From the NCBI GenBank assembly GCA_964429275.1, contig CAYSBJ010000003.1, forward strand, positions 64,906-128,905: a stretch of DNA of 64,000 nucleotides. Direction: 5' to 3'. Positions within the stretch are counted from its first letter, which is position 1, and each line of letters begins with the position of its first letter. Position numbers and translations under genes: made by a program. Source of the stretch: an uncultured Pseudomonadota bacterium. GTDB lineage: Bacteria > Babelota > Babeliae > Babelales > JAUPTZ01. This document shows positions 25,678 through 34,629 of this stretch, one piece after another. Under the pieces are notes generated by a model. It was given only the letters and a program-made list of their open reading frames with translations, was not told the DNA's origin and did not search any database.

Positions 25678-27660
25678 ATGAACATGAGGGATATACGCTT
25701 TTTAGTGCTCTTTTTAGTAACTGTTTGCTCTATTGAGTGCGTTTCTGCGCGAGATTTCAAAGCTTCCACCCACCTCAAGAGCAACCGGCATGCCTATGCG
25801 CTTCTTTTGGCGGGGCTTGCTGCTACAAATGTGGCTTACTTGGTTGCTACGGGCAAATTAGATAAAACAAAAATTAAACGGCTTTTCAGCAAGGGGCAGC
25901 GTGCGGCGACGCTCAAATTAATAGCCCCAGGCTTGGCGGCGCTTTTATTGGCCGGTGGGGTCGAAGCATATGGCTATGGATATCGTGAAGAGGGTGATAA
26001 GCCAAAAAGGGATGAGGTGCCCGTGAGTGCTGCTGATGTACAGGTAATTAGTCAGTCAGCGCCGGAAGAAATTAATCAACCGAGTGAGGAACCGGAACTT
26101 GTTGTAGAAGTGCCACTGGTTGAGCCGGCAAAATCTCTCACACCTATCGCATTGCCTGAAGTGACAGCGAAACCAGCCTCGTCGGATTCTGAGGAAACTG
26201 TTTTGAGTCAGAGTTCCGCGCAGAGTGGTTCGTCTGTTTCTGGGTCTGAAGAAGAATCCTTGAGTGATTTTGGGGGTGAAGAAGAGGATTCTGTTGTGTT
26301 ACGTGGGTGCGAAAAAGCATTGCACGAGATGAAGACTGATTTTGCTTCATCTCAGAGTGCTTATCTGCGAGGACTTGCGGCAAAAATTACAGCGCTACAG
26401 GCGGAAGGGCATCACGGGATTGCGTTGCGGGATCAGGTAAGAGCTTTCATGCGAACGGGATGGCCCAGGGTGCGAGGGATAAAACCGAAAGAGCTTCAAA
26501 CGTTGTTGGAATTTTTGGTTCCTGATGTGGACGTGTATCAGGAGCTTTCTCGTAAGGATCCAGATGAAAGAGAGCTTTCTCGTGAGGAGATATCTAGAAA
26601 CTTGGATGCTTCTATCTACGACGCGTATCGGTTCATACGCGTAGCGCAAATAGAAAAATGCACGTTGTCGAGGAGTGTGTGCGCAGCGCTTCAAGATCGG
26701 TTGAAGCAGTTGCCGTCTGATGTTGGAGTCAAGGCTCACGAGTTATCTTTTGTTCTTGACTTGGCGCAGGCGGTAGTTGATGAAGATGCGTGGGATGGAT
26801 TACCATTGGAACAACAATTTCAGGAGTATCAAAACAGAGTTAAGCTTGCTGTTGATCAAGATCAGGTAGTTGAGTCTTCAGTTTTGCCGACAGGAGCGGG
26901 TGTCGTTGAGTCTTTTGAGATGCAAGGAGGGTCGGCTGCAGTAACTCGCCCGGCGACTGATTTAGTAGTTCGAGTCTCTTCGGAACCTGTTGATCCTGAT
27001 GTGTCGGATGCGTCTTCTGCATTGATTGATTCTATGGAGACAGTTGCTGGTGAGGTCAGCTCGGCTGAGGCCGGTGCTGCTGCTCTAACCGATTTTAAGG
27101 AAGCCGCAGCTTCCTCGTCAGAGCATGAATCGCCTGTATCTCGTCCCGTTGATTTTGAAGAGGCTTGGGGTGTCTTAATCCGCCGTGTTCAGTCCAAACA
27201 ATCACCTCAGAGGAGTGATTTTATGAAGTCGCTTCTAGCCGTTCACCGTGGTAACGAAGTTCTCTTCAGAAGTGGTGTCAGGAATGCGGTAAAGGCTGCC
27301 AGCACAGATGATATAGCCGCACTTGACGAAGCAGATTTGCAACATATTCTTGGGTATATTGTTCCCGATAAGACTCTCTATGAATCATACAAAAACAAGA
27401 AAGATTTGGGTTCTGATCTTGCTGCGGTGTATAGGTTGGTAAAATTGACGAAATGTACGCTGCCGGCTGAATGCGCTGCTGAGCTTCTACGGAGAGTTCA
27501 ATCGTTGCCGGACCCTGGTAGGCGCCAGCATTTTACTGCTTTGGTGAATGAAGTAGCTCGTGAGTCGCGCAGTGCTGACTTTGCGATCGCCGATCTCGAA
27601 GCGGCCTTTGTGGAAAATGAGAACGTTGTTAAAAAGGCGCTGTCCAAGCGTAGAAAGTAG
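25678..27660 (+). CDS. bilobed-hydrophobic-module family protein (member A) with two 'LLEFLVPD' domains
   Basis: Signal peptide, then 'HLKSNRHAYALLLAGLAATNVAYLVATGKLDKTKIKRLFSKGQRAATLKLIAPGLAALLLAGGVEAYGYGY', an acidic/Ser-rich linker, and a duplicated domain ('LQTLLEFLVPDVDVYQEL', 'LQHILGYIVPDKTLYESY'). Confidence 0.65.
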   Translation: MNMRDIRFLVLFLVTVCSIECVSARDFKASTHLKSNRHAYALLLAGLAATNVAYLVATGKLDKTKIKRLFSKGQRAATLKLIAPGLAALLLAGGVEAYGYGYREEGDKPKRDEVPVSAADVQVISQSAPEEINQPSEEPELVVEVPLVEPAKSLTPIALPEVTAKPASSDSEETVLSQSSAQSGSSVSGSEEESLSDFGGEEEDSVVLRGCEKALHEMKTDFASSQSAYLRGLAAKITALQAEGHHGIALRDQVRAFMRTGWPRVRGIKPKELQTLLEFLVPDVDVYQELSRKDPDERELSREEISRNLDASIYDAYRFIRVAQIEKCTLSRSVCAALQDRLKQLPSDVGVKAHELSFVLDLAQAVVDEDAWDGLPLEQQFQEYQNRVKLAVDQDQVVESSVLPTGAGVVESFEMQGGSAAVTRPATDLVVRVSSEPVDPDVSDASSALIDSMETVAGEVSSAEAGAAALTDFKEAAASSSEHESPVSRPVDFEEAWGVLIRRVQSKQSPQRSDFMKSLLAVHRGNEVLFRSGVRNAVKAASTDDIAALDEADLQHILGYIVPDKTLYESYKNKKDLGSDLAAVYRLVKLTKCTLPAECAAELLRRVQSLPDPGRRQHFTALVNEVARESRSADFAIADLEAAFVENENVVKKALSKRRK

Positions 27661-27714
27661 GAGCTCTTGCCGGCATAGAATCGAATTGCTCTTGATTTTA
27701 ATTGATTGTTTCCT

Positions 27715-27751
27715 GAACGGGGCCCCAAAAGAGGGCCCCGTTCTCTTTTTT
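27715..27751 (+). terminator. rho-independent terminator
   Basis: gaacggggcccc-aaaagag-ggccccgttc followed by tctttttt. Confidence 0.85.
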
Positions 27752-27814
27752 CGGGATATACGATATACTGAACGGGTCAAAAGCCTTTTAAATGTAGGCT
27801 TTTTAGGGAGAAAT

Positions 27815-28870
27815 ATGAAGATTGCAGTGTTAGTTTCTGGTGGGGTTGATAGTTCGGTGGCACTTGCCCGTTTGCATGAGCAGGGGCATGAAGTCACCGC
27901 TTTTTATCTCAAGATTTGGCTGGAAGATGAGCTTTCCTTTTTAGGGGATTGTCCGTGGGAGGAAGACCTCTCTTTTGTGCGTGCGCTGTGTGAGCAATTG
28001 AACATTCCGTTGCAGGTAGTCCCGCTGCAAGAAGCGTATCGTGATCGCATCGTCTCCTATACCATTAACGAAATTCGTGCCGGTCGAACCCCGAGCCCCG
28101 ATGTCCTCTGTAATGTGCGCATAAAGTTTGGTGCATTTTTAGAAGCGATTGATAGCTCGTACGAAAAAGTGGCGAGCGGTCATTACGGCCAAATTCGTCA
28201 AGCGGCTGATGGTTCATATGAGCTGGTCTGTAGCCCGGATGAAGTAAAAGATCAAACCTATTTCCTTTCTCATTTAAGCCAAGCACAATTGGAGCGCATT
28301 TTGCTGCCGATTGGCCATATGACCAAACAAGAAGTTCGCGAAGAGGCACAGCGGTACCTGGTGCCGTCCCGTGACCGCAAAGATTCACAGGGGATCTGCT
28401 TTCTTGGGAAAATTAGTTTTACCGAGTTTATTGAGCATTACCTTGGTACGCAGGCAGGGGATATCATCGAAGAAGAGACCGGTGACTTGCTCGGTTCGCA
28501 TAACGGCTTCTGGTTTCTTACGATCGGCCAACGTCATGGACTCCGTCTTTCTGGTGGTCCGTGGTATGTCGTGCGCAAGGATACCGTAGCTAACCAGATT
28601 TTTGTGTCGCGGCGCTATCACGCTGAGGATAAAAAGCGGGATGCTTTTGTGATGCGTGACGTCCATTTCATTGGCCGGCGGCCGGAATCAAATATCGTCA
28701 GTATGAAAGTGCGACATGGTCCTGAGCGAGTAATGGCGGAGCTAAAACCGCTTGCTGATGGGCGATATGCGGTGCAGCTGGCCAAGCGGGATCAAGGCCT
28801 GGCGCCGGGGCAATTTGCGGTTATGTACAATGGGGACGTGTGCCTTGGATCTGGTGTCATTGATGACTGA
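27815..28870 (+). CDS. mnmA: tRNA-specific 2-thiouridylase MnmA
   Basis: PP-loop 'VLVSGGVDSSVAL', with 'PDVLCN', 'KDQTYFL' and 'DSQGICFLG'. The start was moved to the ATG at 27815. Confidence 0.92.
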   Translation: MKIAVLVSGGVDSSVALARLHEQGHEVTAFYLKIWLEDELSFLGDCPWEEDLSFVRALCEQLNIPLQVVPLQEAYRDRIVSYTINEIRAGRTPSPDVLCNVRIKFGAFLEAIDSSYEKVASGHYGQIRQAADGSYELVCSPDEVKDQTYFLSHLSQAQLERILLPIGHMTKQEVREEAQRYLVPSRDRKDSQGICFLGKISFTEFIEHYLGTQAGDIIEEETGDLLGSHNGFWFLTIGQRHGLRLSGGPWYVVRKDTVANQIFVSRRYHAEDKKRDAFVMRDVHFIGRRPESNIVSMKVRHGPERVMAELKPLADGRYAVQLAKRDQGLAPGQFAVMYNGDVCLGSGVIDD

Positions 28871-29004
28871 GAATGTGTTTGTACTAGTTTTATAATGAAT
28901 TTTGCTGCCACCGTGCTATTTTTGCTTGAATTGCCAATATGTTTCTTGGCGGTTGATGGTGGGTGTATACTGAAAAATATGATGTCTTTAAAGAGGGGTT
29001 TTTT

Positions 29005-32000
29005 ATGGTAAAAAGAAATATGCGGCTTTTAGTTTTGATAGTAAGTGTTGTTGGCATGGCTAATAGCTTATTTGCGGATGGATCTCGATTTGAGACTGTG
29101 TCCAAGCATGTTAAAAAGAACCGTCATGCCTATGCCGTTGGGCTTGGAACTGCCGGCCTCCTGAACTTGGCTTACTTATTTAAAAGTGGCAAGCTCAGCA
29201 AAGCTAAGCTCAAAAGACTTTTCAATAAAGAAAATAGCGCTGTAACAACGCAGCTATTGCTTGGCAGTATCCTGCCATTAATCCTTGCGGGAGGCGTTGA
29301 ATTCAATGGCCATGGCTATACGGAAGATGGCGATAATCCAACAGGTGCGGAAAAGCCGACAGGTGCTGAAAAACTAAAAACCGCTGGCGACGCAGTGCGA
29401 CTTCTGACCGGTGAGCTGAGCAAAGAGCAGCTGCGCGCTATGGATGCCGTGGGTGTTGATGCGCCGATAAAAAAAAGAGGCTCTCTAGGAAAAGAGAGAG
29501 GGGCAGAGTGGCGTCAGTCCATCTATAATTTGGATGCTTCTGATGAGCAATCAGAGCGAGCACGGAAAATAGATTTAAACAGTTTCAAAAAAGTATCTGT
29601 GGCAACTGCGCCTGTAGTTAAGTCGGGAAGCGCTCCTGTCGCCTCACATTTAAGCGACCCGAGGGATTCTGTGATAGAGTCTGCACCATCTTCAACATTA
29701 TTATCGGAACATATCGCGAGAAACGTTAAGCATGACCCTAATCCTGCGCCTGTAGAGACTAGAGAAAGTGATGCATCTAGTAATCTTTTAGCGTCTACGC
29801 AATCGCCTGAGTCGTCAGAACTTGTGAAACCGTTGCCAAGAACAGTTTCTCGACGAGTTTCTCTGTCGCCATCAAGCTCTGCAAAATCTTCAGAGCCGGT
29901 GCCGCTGTTGGTGCCACGCCAACCAACTCTTGCCAGAAGCGCCGAGAATAGAGGCTTAAACAGTTTCGAAAAAGCATCTGTGGCAACTGTGCCTGTAGTT
30001 GAAGAACCAAGTGGGTCAGAGCCGGTGCTGCCGTTGGTGTCGCACCAACCAACTCCTTCCGGAACGGCGCTGAATGAAGCATCTATGCCAAGTGCGGATG
30101 AGGCGGAGTTGAAAAAAAAAGAGCTCCAAATTCAGAAGTCTGAGGGCAAAAAAATGTTGCGTGAGGATCTTCTTAGTCGTGAAATTGAGGCACGCGCGGC
30201 TGCACTAAAATATTATCCAGATAAGGTTAATGCTCTCAGCGCGGGGGGGGGCTTTTCTGATCTTTTCAATGAAGCTAACAAGAGCGGCCGCAGTGACGCA
30301 CATCTACTAGCGCGCGACCACTTAGAGTCTGCACTTTTTGCTGGAGGCGCCGAGGTAGAATCCCAAATAAGCCAGTTGACTTCCGAACGACTGGCTCAGC
30401 TTTTAGAATTTCTTATTCCTGATAAATACCTTTATGAGAGCTACGGTGATGATAGCAGGCTTCAGTTTTTAAAACAGGATATTCGCGCGATTTACAAGTT
30501 GCTCACCCTTCTGCGCAATGGGAAGGAACCAAAGGATATTGTCATAAATGCGCAGATCAACAAGAAGCTTCGAAACCGGGTAGCCGGATTGCCGCAGAAT
30601 GTAATTCAAAATGAGAAATACGTTTTAAATTCGCTAATTGATTATGCTTATTCTGCCTCCAAATCGCCACATAGGCCTATGATACTTAATCTGATTCCAG
30701 ATTTTGATGAATTAACGACTTTTCAGCAGCATGTGGTGAGCGATCTCGATGCAGCAGAAGGCTCTTCTTCTGCCGCGGGTCCTCTGGTGTCTGGTGTAGA
30801 TGGTGCAGACGGGTCGAAAGGCTCCCCTTTTGTCGAGCAAGATTCTTTAGACGGTGAGGATGACACTAAAAATAAAACTGCTCGTGATCATTATGAGAAG
30901 ACTTTGAGTAAAAAAGTCTTTGACCAGTGGAGAGCGAGTACTCCGTTGCGGGTTAAAAAGCGCGAAAGCTCAAAAAAAGCTGTCGATCGTGCTAATAAGA
31001 AGCTGCTAAAAACGTCGTTTGAGACATGGAGATCTACTGCGGCCCAACGGGAAGAGGAGGATGTATTGAGCGGTGATCCGACTCCGGTGAATTATGATGT
31101 GCTTATGGCGAATATGGAGCGTTATTCTGGTGCGGGTTTTTTAAATTTTGTTTCAAATGCAGCGAGTAAGGCGAGCGATCCAAAAGACTTAAGGTTGTCG
31201 CTGACTGGATTAATCATGGGGAATGATCCTCTCGGAATGAATAAGGTCAGTGGCGATCAGTTGACGGTGCTCCTTGATTTTATTGTTCCTGACAAAAAAA
31301 CCTATGATGAGTATAAGAAAGAAGATGATGATAACGCTCAGGCTCGCTGGCTTACTAGCGATATCAAGGCTGCCTACAAGCTTTTGATGACGGGTGTGTT
31401 TGAGGGTCGCTCTGATTGTCGGCTAACTCCTGAAAAGCGTGATGACCTTAAGCGTAGGGTTCGCTCCTTGAGGGCTTTACCTCAGCAAGTAGCTGCCTTT
31501 GATTGGATATTGGACAGGGCGTCAGATGGTCAGCCAGGTGATATTCCCGAATATATGCAGCAATATCAACTGAAGCTTGATGCGCCTTCAGGCAAGAGTG
31601 CGATGAGCTCTTCCGGGCCCGATTCCTCTGAAGAATCAGATAGCGAGGATGAAGAAGAAGTTGCTGGTGGCTCCTCTTCGGTTGGAACGGCAGCAAAAAG
31701 ACCAGCGGGTGGCTCTAGTTCAGAGCCAGAAAAAGCAGATCTAGCTTCACCTAGCGCCCCTGTCACAGCTGCTGCGACCGCTCCTGTGGCTCCTAAAACT
31801 ATAGTGATTAATAAAGATCAGGATGGTGCCATCTCGAATGTTACTTATGAAAATTTGTCCTCAGATATTAACCCTGGTCGCGTTGATGGTTTTTGTACGA
31901 AGCACAAAGCTAGCCTGAACAAAATTATATTGAAAGATACCGACCAAGAATCTAGTGTTGCGACAGTTGGCTCTGCAGTGTTATTCGTTTATAGCGGTCA

Positions 32001-32157
32001 TCACTACTTCCTCATGCGCTATAGTGTTCGTGGCAAATGGTTCTCGCACATTCTTGATATAAATGGGCTTGAGATCAAAAATAGTTTGCTAATTCCTTCC
32101 TCTGGAGCTATTGCAGCATACAAAACGATCAAAAACACTATGGATTTACTTCGATAA
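29005..32157 (+). CDS. bilobed-hydrophobic-module family protein (member B) with two 'LLEFLIPD' domains and a C-terminal Cys-His domain
   Basis: SD aagagggg then the ATG at 29005. Module 'HVKKNRHAYAVGLGTAGLLNLAYLFKSGKLSKAKLKRLFNKENSAVTTQLLLGSILPLILAGGVEFNGHGY'. Domains 'LAQLLEFLIPDKYLYESY' and 'LTVLLDFIVPDKKTYDEY'. The C-terminus has 'VDGFCTKH' then, 35 aa later, 'VLFVYSGHHYF'. Confidence 0.65.
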   Translation: MVKRNMRLLVLIVSVVGMANSLFADGSRFETVSKHVKKNRHAYAVGLGTAGLLNLAYLFKSGKLSKAKLKRLFNKENSAVTTQLLLGSILPLILAGGVEFNGHGYTEDGDNPTGAEKPTGAEKLKTAGDAVRLLTGELSKEQLRAMDAVGVDAPIKKRGSLGKERGAEWRQSIYNLDASDEQSERARKIDLNSFKKVSVATAPVVKSGSAPVASHLSDPRDSVIESAPSSTLLSEHIARNVKHDPNPAPVETRESDASSNLLASTQSPESSELVKPLPRTVSRRVSLSPSSSAKSSEPVPLLVPRQPTLARSAENRGLNSFEKASVATVPVVEEPSGSEPVLPLVSHQPTPSGTALNEASMPSADEAELKKKELQIQKSEGKKMLREDLLSREIEARAAALKYYPDKVNALSAGGGFSDLFNEANKSGRSDAHLLARDHLESALFAGGAEVESQISQLTSERLAQLLEFLIPDKYLYESYGDDSRLQFLKQDIRAIYKLLTLLRNGKEPKDIVINAQINKKLRNRVAGLPQNVIQNEKYVLNSLIDYAYSASKSPHRPMILNLIPDFDELTTFQQHVVSDLDAAEGSSSAAGPLVSGVDGADGSKGSPFVEQDSLDGEDDTKNKTARDHYEKTLSKKVFDQWRASTPLRVKKRESSKKAVDRANKKLLKTSFETWRSTAAQREEEDVLSGDPTPVNYDVLMANMERYSGAGFLNFVSNAASKASDPKDLRLSLTGLIMGNDPLGMNKVSGDQLTVLLDFIVPDKKTYDEYKKEDDDNAQARWLTSDIKAAYKLLMTGVFEGRSDCRLTPEKRDDLKRRVRSLRALPQQVAAFDWILDRASDGQPGDIPEYMQQYQLKLDAPSGKSAMSSSGPDSSEESDSEDEEEVAGGSSSVGTAAKRPAGGSSSEPEKADLASPSAPVTAAATAPVAPKTIVINKDQDGAISNVTYENLSSDINPGRVDGFCTKHKASLNKIILKDTDQESSVATVGSAVLFVYSGHHYFLMRYSVRGKWFSHILDINGLEIKNSLLIPSSGAIAAYKTIKNTMDLLR

Positions 32158-32172
32158 AATACTACTTCGTGC

Positions 32173-32201
32173 AAAAGGGCCTCACTTGAGGCCCTTTTTT
32201 A
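32173..32201 (+). terminator. rho-independent terminator
   Basis: aaaa-gggcctc-actt-gaggccc-tttttt. Confidence 0.85.
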
Positions 32202-32312
32202 TTTAAGTACTTCTTCCACATCCTCTAAAGCAATGAGCTGCGAAAAAGTATAATTTTAGAGAGGTGTGGAAAATATTTACATGAGCAAAATGGCCATTGA
32301 ATCGTTGTTTTG

Positions 32313-32363
32313 CGTCAGAAGTGTTAATTTTTGTTTTAGAAGAAAAAATTAACACTTCTGACG
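32313..32363. repeat. perfect inverted repeat, 20-bp arms
   Basis: cgtcagaagtgttaattttt - 11-nt loop - aaaaattaacacttctgacg. It lies 160 bp upstream of the Fo-like operon. Confidence 0.9.
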
Positions 32364-32522
32364 TGCCGATGGAGATTTTGTGGCTTATTGCATCCAAGAA
32401 CAAAGACTACATTCTTGTCCGTAGTAATGACCATATCGCGTTGGCAAGACACATTAATACCTCATTTATTGCCCCTTTTACTGAATCATAGTAGGATGTG
32501 GGCGTAAAATATAGAGGTTTTC

Positions 32523-32801
32523 ATGACAACGATGCTAGTGCTTTCTCTGTGCGTGGGTATTATTGGCGGTGCGGTGCACGGCCACATGGCCCGCCGCTAC
32601 AACAAAGCGCTGTTTGACGGAGAAATCCCCAATCGGTTTGGCGTGCGTTCTGCGTTTATCTTTTTTCGGACAGTGATGACGTTTATTACGATGGCTCTCG
32701 TGTTGTGGACCGGTCTTTTTTCCCCGTTATTTGTTGGAATCGGTATGGCAATTGGATTTATTGGATTTAATGTAATGTGTGCGGTGACAACATGGATGTA
32801 A
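32523..32801 (+). CDS. small 3-TM membrane protein, possible AtpI/AtpZ-like assembly factor
   Basis: 92 aa and hydrophobic. Its 3' end overlaps the start of the subunit-a gene by 10 nt. The functional call rests only on position and size. Confidence 0.45.
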   Translation: MTTMLVLSLCVGIIGGAVHGHMARRYNKALFDGEIPNRFGVRSAFIFFRTVMTFITMALVLWTGLFSPLFVGIGMAIGFIGFNVMCAVTTWM

Positions 32802-33664
32802 CATCACTTTTTTCGTATACCGCGTGGTACCCATTTGCGTGGGCTGGTTTAACGGCACCGGTTTTTGCGGTGCATGTGCAAACACTGGTGTACACCTGGA
32901 CATCCATGGTGTTGTTGCTGGGTGGTGCGTTTATTGTGCGTCGTTATTTTTTCTCAAATGATGGTTTGATGTACGGAAGTATTGAACTCCTTGTCACGAC
33001 TTTTGCCAGTATGTGCGTTGATTCAATCGGCTATTTCCGGCGTGATTATTTTAATTTTATTGCGACGCTTTTTCTTTTTACTTTTTCCGGTTGCATTGTA
33101 AGTGTATTGCCTTACATGGAAGAGTCGACGAAAGATGTGAATACAACGTTTGCTATTGCACTCATCAGCTTCTTTTACATTTGTTACCAGCAGATTGCGC
33201 AAGAAGGGTTGTTGCATTTCTTAGAACATTTTCTTGGTCATCCTGAAATGCCGATGGTAATTCGTATCATTATGATTCCGCTGGAAACAATGGGTAAACT
33301 TTCAAAGATTCTTTCTATGGCTTTTCGCTTATTTGGTAACGTTATTGGTGGTGCGGTGGTGTATCACCTTATTCTTTCGATCGTATTTCTTTTTAAAGAA
33401 CAGTTTCTTATGGCAGTCCTTATTGGCGGTGTGCTTTGGATGGTGTTCTTTAAGTTTTATGGGCTCAAGAAAAAATCACCGCTCGGCAGAATTATTAATG
33501 TTGCGATTCAGTCGCTTTTTGCGCTCGCTGCAATCCAAATGTTTTTTGGTGTTTTTGAACCGCTGGTTCAATCATTTGTTATTGCTATGCTTTCAATGAC
33601 CTACTTGGCCCTCGGAGTAAAGCATGATCTCACCCGTGATCCGAAGGGGCTCGCATGGAACTAA
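32792..33664 (+). CDS. atpB: F-type ATPase Fo subunit a
   Basis: The essential-Arg motif 'MAFRLFGNVIGGAVV' corresponds to E. coli 'LRLFGNMYAGE'. The final helix 'LVQSFVIAMLSMTYLALG' corresponds to 'LQAFIFMVLTIVYLS'. The start was moved to the ATG at 32792. Confidence 0.8.
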   Translation: MDVTSLFSYTAWYPFAWAGLTAPVFAVHVQTLVYTWTSMVLLLGGAFIVRRYFFSNDGLMYGSIELLVTTFASMCVDSIGYFRRDYFNFIATLFLFTFSGCIVSVLPYMEESTKDVNTTFAIALISFFYICYQQIAQEGLLHFLEHFLGHPEMPMVIRIIMIPLETMGKLSKILSMAFRLFGNVIGGAVVYHLILSIVFLFKEQFLMAVLIGGVLWMVFFKFYGLKKKSPLGRIINVAIQSLFALAAIQMFFGVFEPLVQSFVIAMLSMTYLALGVKHDLTRDPKGLAWN

Positions 33665-34620
33665 GTTCTGCACTCGTTTATTTTGGCGGCCTCGTTGCCT
33701 GCATAGGTGTTGGCGCCGGTGGCGCTGCTGTTGGTCAAGGGTATGCCGGTGGTGCTGCAGCTGAAGCGGTCGCTCGCCAAGCGTTAGCGCAAGGGCCGGC
33801 TCGACAGTCGTTGCTTATTGGTTGTGCGTTTTTGGAGAGTGGGTGTGTCTTCTCTCTCATTATCACACTTATTTATCTCTTCACGTATCAGGCAGCGCAA
33901 TCATGGCATGTTGCCGTGACTCTCGGTCTTGCCGCATGTGCCATGGGTATTGTCGCCGGGGTAGTGGGTGCATTTTCTGGTACGGTAGTTGCAGCGGCAA
34001 TTCGTTCTGTTGCTCGTCATCCGCGTGACTTTTCTCGTGTTTTTTCTCTTATGATGGTTGCTCAAATTTTGCTTGAAGCGCCAATGATTTTCATGTTCAT
34101 CATTGCATTCTTGGTTAAGGGATGGGCGGTGCCTACGATGTCGGTGCTCAAGGTTATTCAGCTTGCGGGAGCAAGTCTTGTCTTTGCCTGTGGAACTATT
34201 GGGCCGGCTATTGGACAGGCAGCTTACTGTCGTGCGGCGTGTGAGGCGGTTGGTTTGAATATGTCACTCTATGGACGCATTTTTTCTTTTTCATTTATTG
34301 TGCAAGCAATGATTGAGACTCCAATTATTTTTGCACTACTGACCAGTTTGATGCTTATGTTCTTAGAGCCAATGGCATCGATGCATCCACTAGAGTTGTT
34401 GGCAACCTGTATCGGTGTCATGGGAGCGGTAGGATTTGGATCAGCTGGCGCGGCAATTGGCTCAGGAAAAGCGGCAGCACGAGCGGTATTGTGTATGGCT
34501 GAGCAGGAAGAACAAGCAACTGCAGTTGCGCGGCTCGCTATATTTTGTCAGGCGATTATTGATACGGCAGTGATATATTCTCTTATTATATCGGTATTGC
34601 TGATTAAGACATGTATGTAA
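33655..34620 (+). CDS. atpE: fused four-hairpin F-type c subunit (c4 proteolipid, ~8 TM)
   Basis: 321 aa, read as four ~80-aa c-subunit-like hairpins. Helix 1 is Gly-rich ('GVGAGGAAVGQGYAGGAAAEAVARQ', 'GIVAGVVGAFSGTVVAAAIRSVARHP', 'GTIGPAIGQAAYCRAACEAV', 'GAVGFGSAGAAIGSGKAAARAV'). Helix 2 carries a carboxylate in each copy ('AFLESG', 'ILLEAP', 'AMIETP', 'AIIDTA'). The gene overlaps atpB by 10 nt. Confidence 0.75.
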   Translation: MELSSALVYFGGLVACIGVGAGGAAVGQGYAGGAAAEAVARQALAQGPARQSLLIGCAFLESGCVFSLIITLIYLFTYQAAQSWHVAVTLGLAACAMGIVAGVVGAFSGTVVAAAIRSVARHPRDFSRVFSLMMVAQILLEAPMIFMFIIAFLVKGWAVPTMSVLKVIQLAGASLVFACGTIGPAIGQAAYCRAACEAVGLNMSLYGRIFSFSFIVQAMIETPIIFALLTSLMLMFLEPMASMHPLELLATCIGVMGAVGFGSAGAAIGSGKAAARAVLCMAEQEEQATAVARLAIFCQAIIDTAVIYSLIISVLLIKTCM

Positions 34621-34629
34621 GGAGAAGGT

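Noticed and set aside
31880-32010. An OTU-type deubiquitinase call for the C-terminus of 29005..32157, based on 'DGFC' and 'HHY'.
   Set aside because: The D-G-x-C and H-Y motifs resemble OTU signatures, but the Cys and His are only 35 residues apart. As far as I recall, that is far shorter than in OTU domains. The domain is described only as a generic Cys-His domain related to the 'YPGGTLF' domain.
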